Positions 29,401 to 43,300 of a DNA stretch of 64,000 bases are shown in pieces. A program made the translations under genes and the position numbers. The stretch lies in the NCBI RefSeq assembly GCF_009914755.1, contig NC_060933.1; one strand, written 5' to 3'. The stretch comes from the human T2T-CHM13v2.0 reference genome, Homo sapiens. Every line of letters starts with the position of its first letter. Position 1 is the stretch's first letter. A model generated the notes under the pieces. That model searched no databases. It saw only the letters and a list, made by a program, of their open reading frames with translations, and had not been told where the DNA came from.

Positions 29401-32400
29401 ATTGTACTCGGGTTGATTCCATTCCATTGCATTCCATTCCATTCCATTGCATTCCATTCCGTTGCATTCCATTCCATTACATTCGGATTGATTCTATTCA
29501 ACTCCCTTACTCTCCATTCCATTCCATTCCATTCGGGTTGTTCCATTCCATTCCATTCCATTCCACTCCATTCCATTGCACTCGGATTGATTCCATTCCA
29601 TTCCATTCCATTCCATTCCATTCCATTCCATTCCATTCCGGATGATTCCATTCCATTGCATTCCGTTCCATTACATTCCCCTGCACTCGCGTTGATTCCA
29701 TTCCATTCCATTCCATTCCATTCAATTCCATTCCATTACAATTCGTTCCATTCCATTCTATTCCGTACCATTCCATTCCATTCCATACAATTCCATTCCA
29801 TTCCATTCCATTCCATTCCATTCCGTTCCATTCCGTTCCATTCCATTCCATTCCATTCTATTCGGGTTAATTCCATTCCATTCCATTCCATTCCATTCCA
29901 CTCTATTCCATTCCATTGCAATCGAGTTGAATCCATTGCATTTCATTCCATTCCATTCCATTCCATTCCGGAAGATTCCATTCCATTGCATTCCATTCCA
30001 TTCCATTCCCCTGCACTCGCGTTGATTCCATTCCATTCCATTCCATTCCATTCCATTCCATTCCGTTCCGTTCCGTTCCATTCTATTCCATTCCATTCCA
30101 TTCCTTCCGTTCCGTTCCATTCCATTCCATTCCATTCTATTCGGGTTAATTCCATTCCATTCCATTCGATTGCAATCGAGTTGATTCCATTCCATTCCAT
30201 TCCATTCCGTTCCGTTCCATTCCATTCCTTTCCATTCCATTACGGATGATTCCATTCCATTGCATTCCATTCCATTCCATTCCCCTGTACTCGGGTTGAT
30301 TCCATTCCATTCCATTCCAATCCATGCCATTCCACTCGTGTTGATTCCATTCTTTCCATTCCATTCAAGTTGAATCCATTCCATTGCATTCCATTCCATT
30401 CGATTCCATTCGATTGCACTCGGGTTGATTCCATTCCATTGCATTCCATTCCATTCCATTCCATTCCATTCCATTCCGTTCCATTCCATTTCATTACATT
30501 CAGATTGATTCTATTCAATTCCCTTACACTCCATTATATTCCAATCCATTCTGGTTGTTTCCATTCCATTCCATTCCATTTCACACCATTCCATTGCACT
30601 CGGGTTGATTCCATTCCATTCCATTCCATTGCATTCCATTCCATTCCATTCCAGATGATTCCATTCCATTGCATTCCTTTCCATTCCATTCCCCTGCACT
30701 CGGGTTGATTCCATTCCATTCCATTCCATTAGATTCCGTTCCATTCCATTCCATTCCATTCGGATTGATTCTATTCAATTCCCTTACACTCCATTACATT
30801 CCATTCCATTCGGGTAGTTTCCATTCCATTCCATTCCATTCCTCTCCATTCCATTGCACTCGGGTTGATTCCATTCCATTCCATTCCATTCCATTCCATT
30901 ACGTTACATTACAATCCGTTCCATTGTACTCGGGTTGATTCCATTCCATTGCATTCCATTCCATTCCATTCCATTCCATTCCATTCCATTCTATTCGGTT
31001 TAATTCCATTCCATTCCATTCCATTCCATTCCATTCGATTCCATTCCATTGCAATCGAGTTGAATCCATTGCATTCCATTCCATTCCATTCCATTCCATT
31101 CCGGAAGATTCCATTCCATTGCATTCCATTCCATTCCATTCCATTCCATTCCATTCCATTCCATTCCGTTCCATTCCGTTGCATTCCATTCCATTACATT
31201 CGGATTGATTCTATTCAACTCCCTTACTCTCCATTACATTCCATTCCATTTGGGTTGTTCCATTCCATTCCATTCCATTCCACTCCATTCCATTGCACTC
31301 GGGTTGATTCCATTCCATTCCATTCCATTACATTCCATTCCGGATGATTCCATTCCATTGCATTCCGTTCCATTACATTCCCCTGCACTCTCGTTGATTC
31401 CATTCCATTCCATTCAATTCCATTCAATTCCATTCCATTACAATTCGTTCCATTCCATTCTATTCCGTACCATTCCATTCCATTCCATACCATTCCATTC
31501 CATTCCATTCCATTCCATTCCGTTCCATTCCGTTCCATTCCATTCCATTTCATTCTATTCGGGTTAATTCCATTCCATTCCATTCCATTCCATTCTATTC
31601 CATTCCATTGCAATCGAGTTGAATCCATTGCATTTCATTCCATTCCATTCCATTCCATTCCATTCCGGAAGATTCCATTCCATTGCATTCCATTCCATTC
31701 CATTCCCCTGCACTCGCGTTGATTCCATTCCATTCCATTCCATTCCATTCCATTCCATCCATTCCGTTCCGTTCCGTTCCATTCCATTCCATTCCATTCC
31801 ATTCCATTCCGTTCCGTTCCATTCCATTCCATTCCATTCTATTCGTGTTAATTCCATTCCATTCCATTCGATTGCAATCGAGTTGATTCCATTCCATTCC
31901 ATTCCATTCCATTCCATTCCTTTCCATTCCATTACGGATGATTCCATTCCATTGCATTCCATTCCATTCCATTCCCCTGTACTCGGGTTGATTCCATTCC
32001 ATTCCATTCCCATCCATGCCATTCCACTCGTGTTGATTCCATTCTTTCCATTCCATTCAAGTTGAATCCATTCCATTGCATGCCATTCCTTTCGATTCCA
32101 TTCGATTGCACTCGGGTTGATTCCATTCCATTGCATTCCATTCCATTCCATTCCATTCCGTTCCATTCCATTCCATTGCATTCGGATTGATTCTATTCAA
32201 TTCCCTTCCACTCCATTACATTCCATTCCATTCGGGTAGTTTCCATTCCATTCCATTCCATTCCTCTCCATTCCATTGCACTCGGATTGATTCCATTCCA
32301 TTGCATTCCATTCCGTTGCATTCAATTCCATTCAGTTCCATTCCATTCCATTACATTCGGATTGATTCTATTCAACTCCCTTACTCTCCATTACATTCCA

Positions 32401-33170
32401 TTCCATTCGGGTTGTTCCATTCCATTCCATTCCATTCCACTCCATTCCATTGCACTCGGGTTGATTCCATTCCATTCCATTCCATTCCATTCCATTCCAT
32501 TCCATTCCGGAAGATTTCATTCAATTGCATTCCATTCCATTCCATTCCCCTGCACTCGCGTTTATTCCATTCCATTCCATTCCGTTCCATTCCATTCCAT
32601 TCCATTCCGTTCCATTCCATTCCATTCCATTCCATACCAATCCATTCCATTCCGTTCCGTTCTGTTCCATTCCATTCCATTCCATTCTATTCGGGTTAAT
32701 TCCATTCCATTCCATTCGATTGCAATCGAGTTGATTCCATTCCATTCTATTCCATTCCATTCCATTCCTTTCCATTCCATTACGGATGATTCCATTCCAT
32801 TGCATTCCATTCCATTCCATTCCCCTGTACTCGGGTTGATTCCATTCCATTCCATTCCAATCCATGCCATTCCACTCGTTTTGATTCCATTCTTTCCATT
32901 CCATTCAAGTTGAATCCATTCCATTGCATTCCATTCCATTCCATTACCCTGCAGTCGGGTTGATTCCATTCCATTCCATTCCATTCCATTCCATTCCATT
33001 CCATTCCGTTCCGTTCCATTCCATTACATTCCATTCTATTCGGGTTAATTCCATTCCATTCCATTCCATTCCATTCCAATCGAGTTGATTCCATTCCATT
33101 CCATTCCATTCCATTCCACTCCATTCCAGTCCTTTCCATTCCATTCCACTCGGGTTGATTCCAATGTATT
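23490..33170 (+). repeat. First copy of a ~9.7-kb block repeated ~23.2 kb downstream
   Basis: Identical ORFs at 25672/48887, 30370/53574 and 31619/54823 (offsets 23204-23215). Private variants TCAATAACATT (26906/50116) and TTTCACACC (~30580/~53783) are shared. Confidence 0.9.
25470..28700 (+). repeat. ~2.15-kb internal duplication within each macro-unit, containing a ~560-bp sub-repeat
   Basis: Homologous ORFs at 25941/28104 (offset 2163), 38028/40166 (2138), 49156/51304 (2148) and 56968/59121 (2153). The GG of the CGGAACGA marker falls at 25889, 26449, 28047, 28612 and 29155. Confidence 0.85.
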
Positions 33171-36100
33171 CCTTTCCATTCCATTCCATTCCATTGCAAT
33201 CGAGTTGATTCCATTGGTTTGCATTCCATTCCATTCCATTCCATTCCGGATGATTCCATTCCATTGCATTCCATTCCATTCCATTCCCCTACACTCGGGT
33301 TGATTCCATTCCATTCCACTCCATTCCGTTGCATTCCATTCCATTCCATTGTATTCAGGTTAATTCCATTCCATTCCATTCCATTCCATTCCATTCCATT
33401 ACAATCGAGTTGATTCCATCCCATTCCATTCCATTCCAGTCCTTTCCATTCCATTCCACTGGGGTTGATTCCATTCTATTAGTTTCCATTCCATTCCATT
33501 CCCTTCCATTCCACTCTGGTTGATACCATTCCTTTCCATTCCACTCGAATACATTCCCTCCTATTCCACTCGGAACGATTCCATTCCATTCCATTCCATT
33601 CCATTCCATTCCATTCCATTCCATTCCATTCCATTTCGTTCCATTCCATTCTATTCCGTATCATTCCATTCCATTCCATTCCATTGTACTCGGGTTGATT
33701 CCATTCCATTGCATTCCATTCCATTCCATTCCGTTGCATTCCATTCCATTACATTCGGATTGATTCTATTCAACTCCCTTAATTTCCATTACATTCCACT
33801 CCATTCGGGTTGTTCCATTCCATTCCATTCCATTCCACTCCATTCCATTGCACTGGGGGTGACTCCATTCCATTCCATTCCATTCCATTCCGGATGATTC
33901 CATTCCATTGCATTCCATTCCATTACATTCCCCTGCACTCGCGTTGATTCCATTCCATTCCATTCCATTCCATTCAATTCGATTCCATTACAATTCGTTC
34001 CATTCCATTCTATTCCGTACCATTCCATTCCATTCCATACCATTCCATTCCATTCCATTCCATTCCATTCCGTTCCATTCCGTTCCATTCCATTCCATTC
34101 CATTCTATTCGGATTAATTCCATTCCATTCCATTCCGTTCTATTCCATTCCATTGCAATCGAGTTGAATACATTGCATTTCATTCCATTCCATTCCATTC
34201 CATTCCATTCCGTAAGATTCCATTCCATTGCATTCCATTCCATTCCATTCCCCTGCACTCGCGTTGATTCCATTCCATTCCATTCCATTCCATTCCATTC
34301 CATTCCGTTCCATTCCATTCCATTCCATTCCATTCCATTCCGTTCCTTTCCATTCCATTCCATTCCATTCTATTCGGGTTAATTCCATTCCATTCCATTC
34401 GATTGCAATCGAGTTGATTCCATTCCATTCCATTCCATTCCATTCCATTCCATTCCTTTCCATTCCATTACGGATGATTCCATTCCATTGCATTCCATTC
34501 CATTCCATTCCCCTGTACTCGGGTTGATTCCATTCCATTCCATTCCAATCCATGCCATTCCACTCGTTTTGATTCCATTCTTTCCATTCCATTCAAGTTG
34601 AATCCATTCCATTGCATTCCATTCCATTCGATTCCATTCGATTGCACTCGGGTTGATTCCATTCCATTGCATTCCATTCCATTCCATTCCATTCCATTCC
34701 ATTCCATTCCGTTCCATTCCATTCCATTACATTCGGATTGATTCTATTCAATTCCCTTACACTCCATCACATTCCATTCCATTCGGGTAGTTTCCATTCC
34801 ATTCCATTCCATTCCTCTCCATTCCATTGCACTCGGGTTGATTCCATTCCATTGCATTCCATTCCATGCCATTCAATTCCATTCCGTTCCATTCCATTCC
34901 ATTACATTCGGATTGATTCTATTCAACTCCCTTACTCTCCATTACATTCCATTCTATTCGGGTTGTTCCATTCCATTCCATTCCATTCCACTCCATTCCA
35001 TTCTACTCGGATTGATTCCATTGCATTCCATTCCATTCCATTCCATTCCGGAGGATTCCATTTCATTGCATTCCATTCCATTCCATTCCCCTGCACTCGC
35101 GTTGATTCCATTCCATTCCATTCTATTCCATTCCATTCCCTTCCTTTCCGTTCCATTCCATTCCATTCCATTCCATTCCATTCCATTCCATTCCTTTCCA
35201 TTCCATTCCATTCCATTCCATTCCGTTCTATTCGGGTTAATTGCATTCCATTCCATTCGATTGCAATCGTGTTGATTCCATTCCATTGCATTCCATTCCA
35301 TTCCATTCCATTCCATTCCATTCCATTCCATTCCCTTCCATTCCACTCTGGTTGATTCCATTCCTTTCCATTCCATTCGAATACATTCCCTCCTGTTCCA
35401 CTCGGAACGATTCCATTCCATTCCATTCCATTCCATTCCATTCCATTCCATTCCATTCCATTCCATTTCGTTCCATTCCATTCTATTCCGTATCATTCCA
35501 TTCCATTCCATTCCATTCCATTCCATTCCATTGTACTCGGGTTGATTCCATTCCATTGCATTCCATTCCATTCCATTCCATTCCATTCCGTTGCATTCCA
35601 TTCCATTACATTCGGATTGATTCTATTCAACTCCCTTACTCTCCATTACATTCCATTCCATTCGGGTTGTTCCATTCCATTCCATTCCATTCCACTCCAT
35701 TCCATTGCACTCAGGTTGATTCCATTCCATTCCATTCCATTCCATTCCATTCCATTCCATTCCATTCCGGATGATTCCATTCCATTGCATTCCGTTCCAT
35801 TACATTCCCCTGCACTCGTGTTGATTCCATTCCATTCCATTCCATTCCATTCAATTCCATTCCATTACAATTCGTTCCATTCCATTCTATTCCGTACCAT
35901 TCCATTCCATTCCATACCATTCCATTCCATTCCATTCCATTCCATTCCATTCCGTTCCATTCCGTTCCATTCCATTCCATTCCATTCTATTCGGATTAAT
36001 TCCATTCCATTCCATTCCATTCCATTCCATTGTATTCCATTCCATTGCAATCGAGTTGAATCCGTTGCATTTCATTCCATTCCATTCCATTTCTTTCCAT

Positions 36101-37399
36101 TTCGGAAGTTTCCATCCCATTGCATTCCATTCCATTCCATTCCATTCCCCTGCACTCGCGTTGATTCCATTCCATTCCATTCCATTCCATTCCATTCCAT
36201 TCCATTCCGTTCAGTTCCATTCCATTCCATTACATTCCATTCCATTCCGTTCCGTTCCATTCCATTCCATTCCATTCTATTCGGGTTAATTCCATTCCAT
36301 TCCATTCGATTGCAATCGAGTTGATTCCATTCCATTCCATTCCATTCCATTCCATTCCTTTCCATTCCATTACGGATTATTCCATTCCATTGCATTCCAT
36401 TCCATTCCATTCCCCTGTACTCGGGTTGATTCCATTCCATTCCATTCCAATCCATGCCATTCCATTCCATTCCATTCCTTTCCATTCCGTTCCATTCCAT
36501 TCCATTACATTCGGATTGATTCTATTCAATTCCCTTACACTCCATTACATTCCATTCCATCCGGGTAGTTTCCATTCCATTCCATTCCATTCCTCTCCAT
36601 TCCATTGCACTCGGGTTGATTCCATTCCATTGCATTCCATTCCATTCCATTCAATCCCATTCCGTTCCATTCCATTCAATTCCATTCCGTTCCATTCCAT
36701 TCCATTACATTCGGATTGATTCTATTCAACTCCCTTACTCTCCATTACATTCCATTCCATTCGGGTTGTTCCATTCCATTCCATTCCATTCCACTCCATT
36801 CCATTGCACTCGGGTTTATTCCATTCCATTCCATTCCATTGCATTCCATTCCATTCCATTCCGGAAGATTCCATTCCATTGCATTCCATTCCATTCCATT
36901 CCCCTGCACTCGCGTTGATTCCATTCCATTCCATTCCATTCCATTCCATTCCATTCCTTTCCGTTCCATTCCATTCCATTCCATTCCATTCCATTCCAAT
37001 CCATTCCATTCCGTTCCGTTCCGTTCCATTCCATTCCATTCCATTCTATTCGGGTTAATTCCATTCCATTCCATTCGATTGCAATCGAGTTGATTCCATT
37101 CCATTCTATTCCATTCCATTCCATTCCATTCCATTCCTTTCCATTCCATTACGGATGATTCCATTCCATTGCATTCCATTCCATTCCATTCCCCTGTACT
37201 CGGGTTGATTCCATTCCATTCCATTCCAATCCATGACATTCCACTCGTGTTGATTCCATTCTTTCCATTCCATTCAAGTTGAATCCATTCCATTGCATTC
37301 CATTCCATTCCATTCCCCTGCAGTCGGGTTGATTCCATTCCATTCCATTCCATTCCATTCCATTCCATTCCATTCCGTTCCATTCCATTCCATTCCATT

Positions 37400-40300
37400 C
37401 CATTCCATTCGGGTTAATTCCATTCCATTCCATTCCATTCCATTCCAATCGAGTTGATTCCATTCCATTCCATTCCATTCCATTCCACTCCATTCCGGAT
37501 GATTCCATTCCATTGCATTCCATTCCATTCCATTCCCCTGCACTCGGGTTGATTCCATTCCATTCCACTCCATTCCGTTCCATTCCATTCCATTCCATTG
37601 TATTCGGGTTAATTCCATTCCATTCCATTCCATTCCATTCCATTCCATTCCATTCCATTACAATCTAGTTGATTCCATTCCATTCCATTCCATTCCAGTC
37701 CTTTCCATTCCATTCCACTCGGGTTGATTCCATTCTATTAGTTTCCATTCCATTCCATTCCCTTCCATTCCACTCTGGTTGATACCATTCCTTTCCATTC
37801 CACTCGAATACATTCCCTGCTATTCCACTCGGAACGATTCCATTCCATTCCATTCCATTCCATTCTATTCCATTACATTACATTCCAATCGAGTTGATTC
37901 CATTCCATTCCATTCCATTCCATTCCACTCCATTCCACTCCTTTCCATTCCATTCCACTCGGGTTGATTCCAATATATTCCTTTCCAATCCATTGCATTC
38001 CATTGCAATCGAGTTGATTCCATTGCTTTGCATTCCATTCCATTCCATTCCATTCCGGATGATTCCATTCCATTGCATTCCGTTCCATTCCATTCCCCTG
38101 CACTCGGGTTGATTCCATTCCATTCCACTCCATTCCGTTCCATTCCATTCCATCGCATTGTATTTGGGTTAATTCCATTCCATTCCATTCCATTCCATTC
38201 CATTCCATTCCATTACAATCGAGTTGATTCCATTCCATTCCATTCCGTTCCAGTCCTTTCCATTCCAATCCTCTCGGGTTGATTCCATTCTATTAGTTTC
38301 CATTCCATTCCATTCCCTCCAATTCCACTCAGGTTGTTTCCATTCCTTTCCATTCCACTCGAATACATTCCCTCCTATTCCACTCGGAACGATTCCATTC
38401 CATTCCATTCCATTCCGTTCAATTCCATTCCATTTCGTTCCATTCTATTCTATTCCGTATCATTCCATTCCATTCCATTCCATTCCATTCCATTCCATTC
38501 CATTGTACTCGGGTTGATTCAATTCCAATGCATTCCATTCCATTCCATTCCATTCCATTCCGTTGCATTCCATTCCATTACATTCGGATTGATTCTATTC
38601 AACTCCCTTACTCTCCATTACATTCCATTCCATTCGGGTTGTTCCATTCCATTCCATTCCATTCCACTCCATTCCATTGCACTCGGGTTGATTCCATTCC
38701 ATTCCATTCCATTCCATTCCATTCCGGATGATTCCATTGCATTGCATTCCGTTCCATTACATTCCCCTGCACTCGCGTTGATTCCATTCCATTCCATTCC
38801 TTTCCATTCAATTCCATTCCATTACAATTCGTTCCATTCCATTCTATTCCGTACCATTCCATTCCATTCCATACCATTCCATTCCATTCCGTTCCGTTCC
38901 ATTCCGTTCCATTCCATTCCATTCCATTCTATTCGAATTAATTCCATTCCATTCCATTCCATTCCATTCTATTCCATTCCATTGCAATCGAGTTGAATCC
39001 ATTGCATTTCATTCCATTCCATTCCATTCTGGAAGATTCCATTCCATTGCATTCCATTCCATTCCATTCCCCTGCACTCGCGTGGATTCCATTCCATTCC
39101 ATTCCATTCCATTCCATTCCGTTCCGTTCCATTCCATTCCATTCCATTCCATTCCATTCCATTCCGTTCTGTTCCATTCCATTCCATTCCATTCTATTCG
39201 GGTTAATTCCATTCCATTCCATTCGATTACAATCGAGTTGATTCCATTCCATTCCATTCCATTCCTTTCCATTCCATTCCATTCCATTCCATTCCATTCC
39301 TTTCCATTCCATTACGGATGATTCCATTCCATTGCATTCCATTCCATTCCATTCCCCTGTACTCGGGTTGATTCCATTCCATTCCATTCGAATCCATGCC
39401 ATTCCACTCGTGTTGATTCCATTCTTTCCATTCCATTGAAGTTGAATCCATTCCATTGCATTCCATTTCATTCCATTCCCCTGCAGTCGGGTTGATTCCA
39501 TTCCATTCCATTCCATTCCATTCCATTCCGTTCCATTCCATTCCATTCCATTCCATTCGGGTTAATTCCATTCCATTCCATTCCATTCCAATCGAGTTGA
39601 TTCCATTCCATTCCATTCCATTCCATTCCACTCCATTCCGGATGATTCCATTCCATTGCATTCCATTCCATTCCATTCCCCTGAACTCGGGTTGATTCCA
39701 TTCCATTCCACTCCATTCCGTTGCATTCCATTCCATTCCATTGTATTCGGGTTAATTCCATTCCATTCCATTCCATTCCATTCCATTCCATTACAATCGA
39801 GTTGATTCCATTCCATTCCATTCCATTCCAGTCCTTTCCATTCCATTCCACTCGGGTTGATTCCATTCTATTAGTTTCCATTCCATTCCATTCCCTTCCA
39901 TTCCACTCTGGTTGATACCATTCCTTTCCATTCCACTCGAATACATTCCCTCCTATTCCACTCGGAACGATTCCATTCCATTCCATTCCATTCCATTCCA
40001 TTCCATTCCATTCCTTTACATTCCAATCGAGTTGATTCCATTCCATTCCATTCCATTCCATTCCACTCCATTCCAGTCCTTTCCATTCTATTCCACTCGG
40101 GTTGATTCCAATATATTCCTTTCCATTCCATTCCATTCCATTGCAATCGAGTTGATTCCATTGCTTTGCGTTCCATTCCATTCCATTCCATTCCGGATGA
40201 TTCCATTCCATTGCATTCCGTTCCATTCCATTCCCCTGCACTCGGGTTGATTCCATTCCATTCCACTCCATTCCGTTCCATTCCATTCCATTGCATTGTA

Positions 40301-43300
40301 TTTGGGTTAATTCCATTCCATTCCATTCCATTCCATTCCATTCCATTCCATTCCATTACAATCGAGTTGATTCCATTCCATTCCATTCCGTTCCAGTCCT
40401 TTCCATTCCATTCCTCTCGGGTTGATTCCATTCTATTAGTTTCCATTCCATTCCATTCCCTTCAATTCCACTCAGGTTTTTTCCATTCCTTTCCATTCCA
40501 CTCGAATACATTCCCTCCTATTCCACTCGGAACGATTCCATTCCATTCCATTCCATTCCATTCCATTCCATTCCATTTCGTTCCATTCCATTCTATTCCG
40601 TATCATTCCATTCCATTCCATTCCATTCCATTCCATTCCATTCCATTCCATTCCAATCCATGCCATTCCACTCGTGTTGATTCCATTCTTTCCATTCCAT
40701 TCAAGATGAATCCATTCCATTGCATTCCATTCCATTCCATTCCATTCAATTCCATTCCATTCCATTCGGTTCCATTCCATTACATTCGGATTGATTCTTT
40801 TCAACTCCCTTACTCTCCATTACATTCCATTCCATTCGGATTGTTCCATTCCATTCCATTCCATTCCACTCCATTCCATTGCACTCGGGTTGATTCCATT
40901 CCATTCCATTGCATTCCATTCCATTCCATTCCTTTCCATTCCAGTCCTTTCCATTCCATTCCACTCGGGTTGATTCCATTCTATTAGTTTCCATTCCATT
41001 CCATTCCCTTCCATTCCACTCTGGTTGATTCCATTCCTTTCCATTCCACTCGAATACATTCCCTCCTATTCCACTCGGAACGATTCCATTCCATTCCATT
41101 CCATTCCATTCCATTCCATTCCATTCCATTCCATTCCATTCCATTTCGTTCCATTCCATTCTATTCCGTATCATTCCATTCCATTCCATTCCATTCCATT
41201 CCATTCCATTCCACTCGTGTTGATTTCATTCCTTTCCATTCCATTCGGTTTGAAGGCATTCCATTCCATTCCATTCCATTCCATTCCATTCCATTCCATT
41301 CCATTCCATTGTACTCGGGTTGATTCCATTCCATTGCATTCCATTCCATTCCATTGCATTCCATTCCGTTGCATTCCATTCCATTACATTCGGATTGATT
41401 CTATTCAACTCCCTTACTCTCCATTACATTCCATTCCATTCGGGTTGTTCCATTCCATTCCATTCCATTCCACTCCATTCCATTGCACTCGGATTGATTC
41501 CATTCCATTCCATTCCATTCCATTCCATTCCATTCCGGATGATTCCATTGCATTGCATTCCGTTCCATTACATTCCCCTGCACTCGCGTTGATTCCATTC
41601 CATTCCATTCCATTCCATTCAATTCCATTCCATTACAATTCGTTCCATTCCATTCTATTCCGTACCATTCCATTCCATTCCATACAATTCCATTCCATTC
41701 CATTCCATTCCATTCCATTCCATTCCGTTCCATTCCGTTCCATTCCATTCCATTCCATTCTATTCGGGTTAATTCCATTCCATTCCATTCCATTCCATTC
41801 CACTCTATTCCATTCCATTGCAATCGAGTTGAATCTAGTGCATTTCATTCCATTCCATTCCATTCCATTCCGGAAGATTCCATTCCATTGCATTCCATTC
41901 CATTCCATTCCCCTGCACTCGCGTTGATTCCATTCCATTCCATTCCATTCCATTCCATTCCATTCCGTTCCGTTCCGTTCCATTCTATTCCATTCCATTC
42001 CATTCCTTCCGTTCCGTTCCATTCCATTCCATTCCATTCTATTCGGGTTAATTCCATTCCATTCCATTCGATTGCAATCGAGTTGATTCCATTCCATTCC
42101 ATTCCATTCCATTCCGTTCCATTCCATTCCTTTCCATTCCATTACGGATGATTCCATTCCATTGCATTCCATTCCATTCCATTCCCCTGTACTCGGGTTG
42201 ATTCCATTCCATTCCATTCCAATCCATGCCATTCCACTCGTGTTGATTCCATTCTTTCCATTCCATTCAAGTTGAATCCATTCCATTGCATTCCATTGCA
42301 TTCCATTGCTTTCGATTCCATTCGATTGCACTCGGGTTGATTCCATTCCATTGCATTCCACTCCATTCCATTCCATTCCATTCCATTCCGTTCCATTCCA
42401 TTTCATTACATTCAGATTGATTCTATTCAATTCCCTTACACTCCATTATATTCCAATCCATTCTGGTTGTTTCCATTCCATTCCATTCCATTTCACTCCA
42501 TTCCATTGCACTCGGGTTGATTCCATTCCATTCCATTCCATTGCATTCCATTCCATTCCATTCCAGATGATTCCATTCCATTGCATTCCTTTCCATTCCA
42601 TTCCCCTGCACTCGGGTTGATTCCATTCCATTCCATTCCATTAGATTCCGTTCCATTCCATTCCATTCCATTCGGATTGATTCTATTCAATTCCCTTACA
42701 CTCCATTACATTCCATTCCATTTGGGTAGTTTCCATTCCATTCCATTCCATTCCTCTCCATTCCATTGCACTCGGGTTGATTCCATTCCATTCCATTCCA
42801 TTCCATTCCATTACGTTACATTACATTCCGTTCCATTGTACTCGGGTTGATTCCATTCCATTGCATTCCATTCCATTCCATTCCATTCCATTCCATTCCA
42901 TTCTATTCGGTTTAATTCCATTCCATTCCATTCCATTCCATTCCATTCGATTCCATTCCATTGCAATCGAGTTGAATCCATTGCATTCCATTCCATTCCA
43001 TTCCATTCCATTCCGGAAGATTCCATTCCATTGCATTCCATTCCATTCCATTCCATTCCATTCCATTCCATTCAATTCCATTCCATTCCATTGTACTCGG
43101 GTTGATTCCATTCCATTGCATTCCATTCCATTCCATTCCATTCCATTCCGTTCCATTCCGTTGCATTCCATTCCATTACATTCGGATTGATTCTATTCAA
43201 CTCCCTTACTCTCCATTACATTCCATTCCTTTTGGGTTGTTCCATTCCATTCCATTCCATTCCACTCCATTCCATTGCACTCGGGTTGATTCCATTCCAT